IMG/VR virus record: IMGVR_UViG_3300007177_000055
Span: 32,001-96,000 of that record
Reading direction: 5' to 3' (one strand)
Length of the DNA: 64,000 nt
DNA from: a virus
The notes under the pieces are model-generated. The model had not been told where the DNA came from, ran no database searches, and saw nothing but the letters and a program-made list of their open reading frames with translations. A program made the translations under genes and the position numbers. Below, one piece after another: positions 46,916-57,200 of this stretch (the stretch's first letter is position 1; every line of letters starts with the position of its first letter).

Positions 46916-47525
46916 TAGTCCTACAACCATACACGCTGAAATAGATGCAATAGTAAGTCGGTCCCGAGCCATTCATGCAATGGTTAACGACTCAGAAGTA
47001 GAGTTTGATATAGTAGCAGAACGCCGGAATTTGTCTACAAAATCTCTATCCAAAATAGAGCGTTTAGGTGTAGGTAAAGAGATAGTACGCTTACGGCTCG
47101 AAAACCGGATGAATATAAAACAAATAGCTGAGAAGTTTAGCCTTTCAACCGCTACAGTCAGCCAGTTTTTAAAAGTTTATGATCAAGCTAAACCTGATGA
47201 ACAAGCTAAAATGCGCCGCACTAGTATTTTTGATACTGGTGAGCAATACGAGCGTCTAGGTGTTAAGCTGGACCTCTTATACGCCAAGGTTATCAGCTCA
47301 GACCAACAAGTAAGCGTACAAGTGCTCGGAGAAATGCGAAAGACCATCGAGTCAGCCGAACGTTTTATGGATAAACACTCAGAACGGGAAAAAATGGAAC
47401 GTGTACTCCTAACCATCCAAGAAGTGCTACAATCTGAACTTCCTGAAAAACGAGTAGCCATCATGAAAAGGTTTGCTGCCTTAGGAATTAAAGGTGCAAC
47501 TCCTGGTACTTCCTTACCTGCTTAA
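46806..47525 (+). CDS. HTH-containing helical protein
   Basis: MNIKQIAEKFSLSTATVSQFL helix-turn-helix. Confidence 0.7.
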   Translation: MYDQDQERLALERAQSAMAFIEQIEFIIYSLEALKSSSPTTIHAEIDAIVSRSRAIHAMVNDSEVEFDIVAERRNLSTKSLSKIERLGVGKEIVRLRLENRMNIKQIAEKFSLSTATVSQFLKVYDQAKPDEQAKMRRTSIFDTGEQYERLGVKLDLLYAKVISSDQQVSVQVLGEMRKTIESAERFMDKHSEREKMERVLLTIQEVLQSELPEKRVAIMKRFAALGIKGATPGTSLPA

Positions 47526-47596
47526 AAAGACAAATACAAGATTTTTGTTCAGGCGCAAAGCACGATAGTCTACTTCTACGTCAAAGTTCACACCCA

Positions 47597-49165
47597 ATGC
47601 CCAGCAATTTAATCGCAATGACTGGCCGCGTTTCATCGTGGCTAACAGACCCTAGATATACACTACCTGTAAGCTGCACGGTCTTTAGAGTTCTAGATAA
47701 AATGGCCGGTAGAGATGGAATTAGAGATTCTTGGGACTTTGCTTCCTATGCTATTGGTAATGCCGCTGGAGCGGCAATTCACTTAAGTGAAATCAGAGAA
47801 AAAGGAAACACCAACGCTGCTGGCTTAGTAGCCTCTGGCCCCATGTCTTTTGGAGAGATTTTCTCCACTATTAACAAAGTTATACGTCGTGGCGGTATCT
47901 ATAAGAACGGTGCCATTGTACTGCACTTAGATTTAACACATCCTGACCACTTACACTTTATTAGGGGATACGACGAGTCTGACGAAAGTAATAAATGGTT
48001 ACAGCAGCGCAGAAAAGATTACGAAAACTGTCCAAAAGAAGACAAAGACTTAAAAACTTACCTTAAAGAACAACTAATAGAAGGAGAAAATCAGGTCCTT
48101 TCAGAATCTCGTCACACCTATGCTTGGGTTAAACGATGTCTAAACGTTGCTGAAAATTGGTTAGAGACTACACCTACTGAGATTATTAACGAAATACTTA
48201 AAGCTATTGCTCGGGGAGATCTTTGGTTAAACAAGATTCGCTACGACGCTTCAGGTGAAAGGATTTACGCCAACGTTTGCCTAGAAGTTTACTTGCGTCA
48301 CCGAGGGACATGTTTGTTAATGCACGGAAACTTAGGGCAAGCAGAGGTCGGAGCACCTAACGCTTCGGGTGACTTTGATCACAACTTAGTATCCATGTTT
48401 AAAGAAGGTGCCGAGTTGCTATGTGACTTGCACTCACGCACAAAAGTAGGAGAGTCTGGCTACTATTTAGATCCAAAGGTAGACCGTCAAGTCGGTTTTG
48501 GTTTAATTGGTTTAGCTAACTTCTTGAGTTACCATAAAGTTAGCTACAGGGACTTCGGTTTGGCTCTCAAAAGAGTCAATGACAGCGAAGTAGTATCCAC
48601 AGACAACCCAGCTAACCGATTAGCTCTAGCCCTTAAACAAGGCATTGAAGCTGCAGCTGTAATCTTCCGAGCCAATCATATGGACCGGGGCTTTGCAATT
48701 GCACCTACAGCTACGTGCTCTTATCGTTATCAAGACCTTCGCGGGTTTACCACTACTCCAGAAATTGCTCCTCCAATTAACCGTAAGGTTGACCGTGACT
48801 CAAGCACTTTTGGTGTACAAACTTACGACTATGGTGACGTAGAAACAGCAGCTGAAGTAGGGTGGGATACTTACTTTGCAACGACCAACGAAATCTTACG
48901 CCTTTATCAATCTAGTGGATTGTTTCATGGCTACTCTTTTAACAGTTGGTCTGACGTAGTTAGCTATGATCTGGACTTCCTAAAAGCTTGGAACGACTCG
49001 CCACAAACGAGTTTGTACTATGCTTTACAAGTAAGCCCAGACTCTCTACGCAAAGATGACGCGCTAGTTTCTCTAGACGAGTCTTACAGAGAAATCTTCA
49101 GCTTTGATGAAGCTCCTGTTTGTGGCCTAGACCCTGATAGCATTTGTAGTTCCTGCGGAGAATGA
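47597..49165 (+). CDS. nrdA: ribonucleotide reductase alpha subunit (cyanophage podo/sipho-type class I)
   Basis: TGRV.SW...LPVSCTVF, RRGG.YKNGA, NVCLE, AIAPTA.CS, SFNSWSD, QTSLYYALQV, C-terminal CSSCGE. Confidence 0.93.
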   Translation: MPSNLIAMTGRVSSWLTDPRYTLPVSCTVFRVLDKMAGRDGIRDSWDFASYAIGNAAGAAIHLSEIREKGNTNAAGLVASGPMSFGEIFSTINKVIRRGGIYKNGAIVLHLDLTHPDHLHFIRGYDESDESNKWLQQRRKDYENCPKEDKDLKTYLKEQLIEGENQVLSESRHTYAWVKRCLNVAENWLETTPTEIINEILKAIARGDLWLNKIRYDASGERIYANVCLEVYLRHRGTCLLMHGNLGQAEVGAPNASGDFDHNLVSMFKEGAELLCDLHSRTKVGESGYYLDPKVDRQVGFGLIGLANFLSYHKVSYRDFGLALKRVNDSEVVSTDNPANRLALALKQGIEAAAVIFRANHMDRGFAIAPTATCSYRYQDLRGFTTTPEIAPPINRKVDRDSSTFGVQTYDYGDVETAAEVGWDTYFATTNEILRLYQSSGLFHGYSFNSWSDVVSYDLDFLKAWNDSPQTSLYYALQVSPDSLRKDDALVSLDESYREIFSFDEAPVCGLDPDSICSSCGE

Positions 49166-49896
49166 TGTCTTTCCAATCACCCTACTTTCAAGTTCTATCT
49201 AGAAAAAAGTCTTGGTCACCAGTGGCTATTCCTCGAGAACCGTTAAAAGCCGGAGCAGAAGAAGCTGTTTACAGAGCTTTAGCCTTAAGGTGTCTAGAAC
49301 TTCCTGTAAAGGAATTTCTAGCACAAGGCTTAAAGGGAGAATTGCCTAAAACTCCAGGAGTGATAGAAATCCTTGAGTCTAATCAAGCAGACGAAGACCG
49401 CCACGACTTAGCCTTTGAGTATGCTGTTCAAGCACACGGTACAAATGCGCAAGCTGAAAGGGAGGCTCAACACATCCTTAAAACGATGTTAGAAGATCCT
49501 TCACATCCAATTCTTAAAGCCGCCATTTTAGAGCGATCAGTGTTCTTTGTATTGTTGCCCTTTTACCGTTTTAACGGAGACAAAGGCTTACGTACCATTG
49601 CTGCTGACATCTCCAGAGATGAACAAACACATGTAACTTCACACCACATGATCTGTAAAGAGCTAGGCGTTAGGCCTTCCGCTTCTTTAAACCGTCTGCG
49701 TCGAGCTATTGTAGCTTGGGTTATGGAACCACTAGAAGCCAAAAGTGAAAACCAATGGCAATCTAAAGACTTTTGGTTAAAACAGTCAGACGACCTTTAT
49801 AGCAAAGGTGCAGCTAGTGGATTAGCATCTACTAGAGCATCTACCATGCACGCTTTCTTTGAATCACCAAACACTTCTTTGCCTAGTTACGGTTAA
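49162..49896 (+). CDS. nrdB: ribonucleotide reductase beta subunit (ferritin-like)
   Basis: LELPV, DEDRHD, LERSVFF, DISRDEQTH dimetal ligands; follows the alpha gene. Confidence 0.88.
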   Translation: MMSFQSPYFQVLSRKKSWSPVAIPREPLKAGAEEAVYRALALRCLELPVKEFLAQGLKGELPKTPGVIEILESNQADEDRHDLAFEYAVQAHGTNAQAEREAQHILKTMLEDPSHPILKAAILERSVFFVLLPFYRFNGDKGLRTIAADISRDEQTHVTSHHMICKELGVRPSASLNRLRRAIVAWVMEPLEAKSENQWQSKDFWLKQSDDLYSKGAASGLASTRASTMHAFFESPNTSLPSYG

Positions 49897-49903
49897 CCTT
49901 TGC

Positions 49904-49925
49904 GCCCCGACCACCGGGGCTTTTT
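49904..49925 (+). terminator. intrinsic terminator
   Basis: GCCCCG-ACCAC-CGGGGC plus TTTTT after the RNR beta gene. Confidence 0.75.
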
Positions 49926-49928
49926 AAT

Positions 49929-50441
49929 ATGCAAGTTAAAGTACTCAACGACGCCAACCTAAATACACAAGTCTTCAGTGAAAACTCAGTTTTGATTTCT
50001 ATAGTTGGTAAAGAAGAAAAGATTCCAGAAGCTGTCGAGCGAGCTGTCTGTGTCTTGTTTTTAGACTTTGACGATGTCATTCCAAAAAACGAAGAACAAC
50101 TAAAAGACTTTGAGTCTTACTGCAACCTAGAAGAAATAACTGCTGTCTTAGAAGTTTTAGAGGACCCTTCAGTAGACGTGGTATATGTACACTCAACTAA
50201 CAGCAACAGTAGGTCTTTAGCTGTTGCAGCAGGCCTACTAAGCTCAAAGGAAAAAGACTGCAAGGAAGTTTTATACCAAATCGTAAGCCAAGATCCAAGC
50301 ACTCAACCCAACTATTGGGTGTTAGCTTTGTTTGATTGGGTGTTGGACTTGTCTGGAGCACTGACTACAGCCGCCGACGATTATTTAGCTACAGGCGAAG
50401 TAGTAAGCAAATCTGGACGGATTATTACTCACATTAAGTAG
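49929..50441 (+). CDS. protein-tyrosine-phosphatase-like protein lacking the catalytic Cys
   Basis: LISI...LDFDD...VYVHSTNSNSRSLAVA...PNYWV matches the HCxxGxSRS family with C>S. Confidence 0.75.
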   Translation: MQVKVLNDANLNTQVFSENSVLISIVGKEEKIPEAVERAVCVLFLDFDDVIPKNEEQLKDFESYCNLEEITAVLEVLEDPSVDVVYVHSTNSNSRSLAVAAGLLSSKEKDCKEVLYQIVSQDPSTQPNYWVLALFDWVLDLSGALTTAADDYLATGEVVSKSGRIITHIK

Positions 50442-50450
50442 CCTAAAACC

Positions 50451-50615
50451 ATGCGTGCCCCTAGCTTTTTTGAGCTTTTGTTAAAAGGTTTATCTACAAG
50501 GATAAACCTTAAGAAACCAAGAACTATAACTAAGAGCTTAAGTGTAACTGAAAGATGGGCCAAATACTGCAAAGAAAACCCTGGCGCAGAAGAATGTAGA
50601 ATTTATGACACTTAA
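50451..50615 (+). CDS. cp12: CP12-like protein, C-terminal Cys pair only (54 aa, not in ORF track)
   Basis: Manual translation ends ...ERWAKYCKENPGAEECRIYDT, the CP12 C-terminal signature. Confidence 0.85.
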   Translation: MRAPSFFELLLKGLSTRINLKKPRTITKSLSVTERWAKYCKENPGAEECRIYDT

Positions 50616-50668
50616 ACTTCTTAAAAAAGACTAGTAGCGTGTAAACTGTCACTAGTCAATTACTAGCA

Positions 50669-50866
50669 ATGACACCTAAATTTCCTGGCGTTTACGAGCT
50701 ACTAATCAGAGAACCTAAAGGGGCTGCTCCTAGAACTTTAGGTATAGCTCACGTACTTAACTCCAACCCTGGAGCAGCTATAACCTACAAAGATCGAAGC
50801 TACACGATAGTAAACCGTTCCGGACTACCCCCTACAGGACAACTTTTAATCCGTCGCACTGACTAA
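50669..50866 (+). CDS. hypothetical protein
   Basis: ORF only. Confidence 0.55.
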   Translation: MTPKFPGVYELLIREPKGAAPRTLGIAHVLNSNPGAAITYKDRSYTIVNRSGLPPTGQLLIRRTD

Positions 50867-50868
50867 CT

Positions 50869-51051
50869 ATGATTTACGCTTTGACTGCCTACGCTGTGCT
50901 GGGACTAAGTACTGCTTTAGCTGCAAAATACCCTGAAACCGATAACAAAACTCTAAAGGAAAAACTAACATATGTTTACGCAGGTATTACCGTAGGTTTG
51001 TTTTGGTGGCTTTTCTGGCTTATTGCTATAATCAGGAAAATCCTTTATTGA
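50869..51051 (+). CDS. small two-TM membrane protein
   Basis: Two hydrophobic segments. Confidence 0.6.
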   Translation: MIYALTAYAVLGLSTALAAKYPETDNKTLKEKLTYVYAGITVGLFWWLFWLIAIIRKILY

Positions 51052-51079
51052 ATTCACAGCCCTGTCTAGGGCTTAATAC

Positions 51080-51152
51080 GCTCGACGATCCAGCTAGTGA
51101 AGGAGCCTCCCTTACAAGGAGGAAGCGGCAGGGGCAGAACCTGTGTCGAGCA
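51080..51152 (+). tRNA. trnV: atypical tRNA-Val(TAC)
   Basis: Acceptor GCTCGAC/GTCGAGC, anticodon arm CCTCC-CTTACAA-GGAGG, T-stem GCAGG/CCTGT with non-canonical loop GGCAGAA. Confidence 0.75.
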
Positions 51153-51154
51153 TT

Positions 51155-51227
51155 GCCAGCTTAGCTCAGGGGTGGAGCGACTGCCTTGTAAAGCAGTAAG
51201 TCGTCAGTTCAAGTGTGACAGTTGGCT
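51155..51227 (+). tRNA. trnT: tRNA-Thr(TGT)-derived gene with 8-nt anticodon loop (possible pseudo-tRNA)
   Basis: Acceptor GCCAGCT/AGTTGGC, ACTGC-CTTGTAAA-GCAGT, T-arm GTCAG-TTCAAGT-GTGAC with a G.G mismatch. Confidence 0.7.
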
Positions 51228-54200
51228 TACCCTAATTGACCGCTATCTGTACGAGGACCTGTAGGAGTCCAATGTCCAGAACCTCGCTGACCTAAAGGCA
51301 TAGGTTCGTGTGCCGCAGCTTCAGACTGTCGATGTCTAGCTGCTGGGTCTTGTCCTATCAACTCAACTACCGAAGCATAATTTTGAACCATAGAGACATA
51401 AGTAGTTTCATTTTCAACTCCTGCAGCTTTAGTAGCTACTAAGTCAAAACGTTCTTTGACCGGTTTAGCCATAGGCTCAGCGTGCTGATTAGCTTTAACG
51501 CCTAAGTCAGCTTTTACTTGATAAACTGCCGGTGCAACAGTCGCTTTCATAGCAGCTGCACCAGCGCTTACTAACGTGTAGAAAGCTACTTGTTGAGCAG
51601 GATCAATAGCTGATGCTAATTCAATTTGAGCGTTACGTATAGAAGCTGAACTATAAGACTGTGTTACTGGAACTTCTGCTCGCTTTTGGAAAACATGCCT
51701 TGGTTTAGTAGGCACTACTACCTGAGGTTTACGTACACTTGAGTTAGGTTTAACCTGCAAAGATTTTAAAGAAGACTGATAAAGACGGTTGGCGTCTTCT
51801 TGTACTTTTTTTTGGTACTCCACTCGAGATAAACCTTGTATTGTTTTAGCAGCCCGCATTTCTAAGATCGTACCACCACGTCTAGGTATACCTAGGCCTT
51901 CACGTTTAGAACCGTAATCGCCATAATAAGACTGTAGTTCTCGATCTAAAGCACTTTCATTAACACCCGTCATAGTACCTGTATGCCCACCCAAAGGGTG
52001 CTCCCGAGTAGGCATTTCCGAGACGTGGAGTTCTACGTATTGACCTCCAGCTCTTTCAGTACGCTCAGCTACAGAGTATTGACTGCGAGGATCTGACCCT
52101 AAAAGGTTGTCCGCGCCCGGACGGTAAAAACGAATTTTATCCGATAGCCCAGCAGCTCTAACTTTAGTTTCCAGGGCAGCCAACACAGCTTGGTTGTAAC
52201 GCAGTTCACCTAAGGTGCCTTCAGCTTTCTCACTACCCCGCTGAGAATCAGCATGTCCAGCAGCAAAGACTATAAAAGGTACCTTAGAAGAACCCTGATA
52301 AATTGCATTTTGATTTACTGCCGAATGTGCTTTTCTAATATCTCCGCTAACTGAAGAGTTTGAAGACCTAAAGTTACGACTGTCAGCCTCACCCCACTTA
52401 CCTGTGGTAAGAGAAGTAAAGTACCTCTGCCATATAGGTCGGGGCGCTTCTCCGTGAAGGTGTATACCAGTACTAGCTCCACCGGCATCAACTCGATCTT
52501 GTATACCTAAAGCCTGACCATAGGTAACTGTTTGTCCTAGTTTCACACGAAGGGAACTCATGTGAAGTTGCTTGGTAATTGAACCGTCAGCGCCGCGAAT
52601 AGTAACTCTACCGTATTTATTATCTATACCTATAACAGTTCCGCTTTGCATAGCAGGAACAACTACATTACTGCTGCCCTTTCTTAGCAAAACAATATCA
52701 AAAACAACTTGTTTAGTACCTTTGATAATACTTTCTACCCCTGTTTCATAAATAGGGCTCTTAACGTACCCTGTATAATTACCGGTGCCAGCCCAGTGAT
52801 ACTTTAACTGAGAATATTTAGTAACAGCTCTACCTCCTGAAAAAACAGTGTAAGGAGCCTGAGTGACAGAATCAGTAAGCTCAGCCAAACTGCTTTGGCC
52901 TAAACCAAAAGGAACTTTATACTCTCCCTTCAAAGCTCGCTGGTAAACTCCCATTAACTCTTGTTGACTTTTCACAGGCTGACCATAGTAACTCTTACCG
53001 CTAAGTGTGGGAAAAGACGCCCATACAGGGGCTAACTTTGCCATAACTTCAGGCGTAAGTTTTGCGGTATAAGGATCAATACCTAAAGCTCTGATTTGGG
53101 CTAGAGCCGCTCTATCTTGATCAGCTGGAGTAAAAGACTTAGTTTTAGAGAACCTTGCGTAGGTCCCAGGCATAAATTGATAAGCACCAGCAGCAGCAGA
53201 AGCGTACCCTCCAGTAACATTAACGCTGTCTGGGTGCTTGCTCATATCTGTAAAGTACTTATAGCCATAAATAGTTTGGTAACCTTTAGGACCCAAAGTC
53301 CCTTCGGCATACCTAATAGCAGTTAATATAGCTCGGGCATTATCGTTGAGGCCAGTATAACCAAACTCTACAGGCCCTCCTAAAGCTTGACTTAACGCGT
53401 CAACCGCACCACCAGCTGCAGCGGCTGCAGCATCCTTAACACGTTGTAAGCCAGCACTTACTGAGTAAACTAAGTCTTTAGCTCGACCACCTAACCAGTC
53501 CATAGCTTGCTGCCACCAAGGCTTTTCCTCAGTCGCTACAGAATCTTTAAAAGTTTGTTGCAAAACCCAACGTTGCTGTTTACGAGTAGCCTTATAAGCT
53601 GTTATTTGTGAAGCAAACCGTCGGCGCTTAGTAGCTACGTAGCTATAAATAACCTCTTGCTGGGTAGGTTGTAAAACAGAATACAACTTACCGCTTTGAG
53701 TAAAAGCTTCCGGATTACGTTCTCTGTCAGGTTCACTACTACCAACAGGTCTAAAGGAACCTTCTAAACCCACTAAAAGTAAAGGTAAACCTACTAAACG
53801 GGCAGCAGCCTTACCTAGATTTTGAAGTGCCGGAGCGGTAAAACTGTAGATTAACCGCGCAGCTTGATTTATTGCAGGCAAGTACTTTGTTAGAGCAAGT
53901 GCAGAAGCACCCGCCGAAACACCTGAAACATTAGAAACCTTTTCTATAGTATCGTCTGTTAAGTTTTGAGAGCCCGGCATTTGATATGTCCTATAGCTTC
54001 GCATGCTCACTGAAGTGAGCTGTCTAATTATTAAAGCTGGAGCTACTACTCTTGCTGTAGCAGCAAAACCTGTACCTAGCCCTAAAGCAGAAAACACAGC
54101 TTGAATTCCAGTCAAAGCTGCGCCTGAAATTAGAGCTGCACCCACTGCATTTACACCAGCTTGAGACCAACTCTTACCAGAGTTAACAACTTCGTCTAAA

Positions 54201-57200
54201 ACATTAATGCTAGTCAAGCCTAAACCTAGACGGCCACCCAATAAAGTACGAGCTGCACCTAAAGGATGACCTAAAAGATTAATTCCTTTTTGGAAAAGAT
54301 TAAGTTGAGTCCCGCCATTTGTTACAAAACTCTGGCGCGGTTCGTACAAAGACTTAACGTAATCACCAAAACGGCCTTTAATACCTACTTTAACTCCCAG
54401 TGGTAATACCCGATCAACCGGCCGATCAGCTCTTTTTTCTGCTAAAGCCTCTCTAATTTGGGAACGAGGCCCAGATCTTACTAAAAAGCCGAAAGCCCTT
54501 TCCCTAATACGATCAGATAACTTAGTGCCTAAGTAATTGTCAGGCAGCACACCAGTTGCTTTATAAACCGCGTAGTCCCTAGGTGCTAGTTGTAGCGTAC
54601 GACTAGAAGAGTCATACACAAAACTTCTTGGGCCCAAAGAGTCAGAAGTTAAAAGATTCCCAAGACGCACTGAATCTAGTTCGTCAAAAGAGCCAGTTAC
54701 TAGGTTACTGATGTTACCTAAACCACCAATGTCAAAACCATAATGCTGAGCATTCAGTAAAGTACCCGCACGAGCTAAACGACTGTTAAACCCACCAGAC
54801 AGATAATTACCAAAACTAACAGCTGCTGCTTCCCATGGACGTGACTTAGGATCATTCTTTAAGAAAAAGGCTTCAGTACCCGCCATAGATCCTAAACCCT
54901 GACCTGCATTCCAAGCAGCCATTTCTATATTTGCAGCTACTACCGCACCTAAAGGTCCACCGCTTAATAAAGGCACCGAAGCAAACAAAGCTAAAGCCGC
55001 TAAAGTAGTACCTCCGATAACACCACCTACACGCTGATACTGGTTAAGCCCAGCGTACCCAGCCCTGCTGTATTGGTTAATATCTTGCATACGATCAGCT
55101 ATCTGAGAAGTCCTCCATTCTCTAACTGAATCCAGCCCTAAAGCTCCGGCTCCTAAAGCAGACCACAAAGCAGTGCTTACGCCATTATTAGCAATAAGCC
55201 CTAACAAACCAGTTTGTAAAGACTTAAACTCTAAGTCCGCTGCATCCTGACTAATTTGCCAAGGCGTCCGGTCAGTGTTTAAAGTCTTAGTAAGTGCGGT
55301 AACACTTTGGTAGGTTCCTGCTGCAGACAAAAACACACCCGCCCCAGACTGAACCAAACCTTTAGCTGCCAAAGGTAATTTATTGACCAGATTACGTGTG
55401 ACAACACCAAGACCTACCACACCAGCAGCTAAAAATCCAACTCGTTGGGCATTACGGTAAGGTGCATTTTGAGGATCGGCTTGGTCCTGCTCGTAGAACT
55501 CACTAGTAACGCTCTTTAGCCAAGGGTTATCTTGAACTAAAGACTGAGCCATAAAGAAAGATCCCATGACTTGTCTAGTACGTCCACCTGCAGCAGAAAA
55601 AGCTAATCCAGCTGCATTTTCGTAGAATTCTGAATAGGCTGTTTGATACTGAACTTTTCTAGAAGAAGCAGTTAACTGGCTAACGCTAAAACCAGCAGTA
55701 GCTAACCCTGAATATTCTAAGGAAAAACGACTAAGCTTCCCACTTAAACCGACCAGTCGACCAGGCCAAGGACTATTAGCCCAAGCACTTCTAGCTTTAC
55801 TGGTCAGCTGTCTAGCCATAGGTAAAAGCCTACCCAGCTGACTTAAGAAAGACCTAATTGGCTGTAGAGCACGCATTGTAAAGCGAATGGGTCTTTCTAT
55901 AGGACTCCCTAAGATCTGCCTTTTAGTCGTTTCTAGTATCTGAGTGTTAATATCTTGACCCAAAACCAGGGCCAGACCACCTACTAAAGTTGCACCTAAC
56001 AAAACAGTATTTAGTAGACCCAAAGAATTTGGGCTGTTAATAGGCACTAACGGGGCCAAACCTAAAAACAAACCTAACCCTAAAGCCCTACCGCTCTTAA
56101 GAGACCTCCACTTAGGGCCTATACCTAGAATCTTCCGGCCACCCACAAAAGTTTTAAGAGACTGAACCTTTGAATAATCAGGCTTTATTTCACCTGCAGC
56201 TTCTTCAATGGCCTTTATAGCATCAACTTTGTACCTTTCGTAAGCTATACGGATTCTACCTTGCCAGAAATAAGCCGCAGGCCCAGCCAGAGTACCTGCT
56301 ACAGTAGAAGCGTGATAAGTGAAGGAGTCTTCATCACCGTAATTAAAGCCTAAGTTTTTACTAGTAGCCTCACCTAAGTAATTAAAAATACTGGTCATAG
56401 CCCAAGCCCCTAAACCAGCAGCTATAGCTACCCGTCCTAGCCGGCCAGTTAACTTTTTACTCTTAACTATCGTACTGGATTCTGTATTCCAACGCATCTT
56501 AGTATCTGCCAACAACAAGACGCTGCCACCTGCCCAACTTATACCAGTAAGACTTTGCTTCAGTTGGTTACGCTGACGTTCGTTTAAGTTAGCTTTAGTG
56601 GCGTAGGCATCTCCTATAGCTTCACTAAGCTGCCAACTGGCAGCAGCTCCAAGCACTACACTAGGAGCAACTACACCACCTAACTTAGCTGCAGTTCTAC
56701 CAAACTTAACAGCTGGCTCAAAGAAAGTACCTACTTTTGCAGGCAAACTAGCTAATCGACCGATACCGCTGAAAGATCTTAAACCTAAGCTAGCAAAGGC
56801 AGCCCCCACTGCACGTTTTGAGCCACGCACTGTACTCTGTACACCCCGCCCAGTAACTCTATTGATACCGCTAAACAAACTTCTTAAGTTGTAAGCCCCC
56901 TGAGACTGAGTTAAAGACCTAAGAATTTCTCGGGAGTCTTCATATAAAGTAGCTGCAGCAGTACGCATTACATACCCGTACCCCAAGCCCCGCCTTTGAG
57001 AATTAAGTGCCGCTAAAGAACCAGCAGTTATTAAAGGTGAGTAGGAGTAAACAGGCTCTTGGGGACGAGTGTAATAAAAGTTAGCTGCTGTAGAATCAAC
57101 CCCAAACTGTCGTTGACGCATCGCTGACAACAACAGATTACTAACTTGTGACTGGGACCTAAAACCTCCCTGGTTTAGAATACGTTCTGCATAACCAGCA

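Noticed and set aside
54293-54307. QLNLF clamp-binding-like motif in the giant protein
   Set aside because: A five-residue match in over 4000 aa of a probable virion protein is plausibly chance
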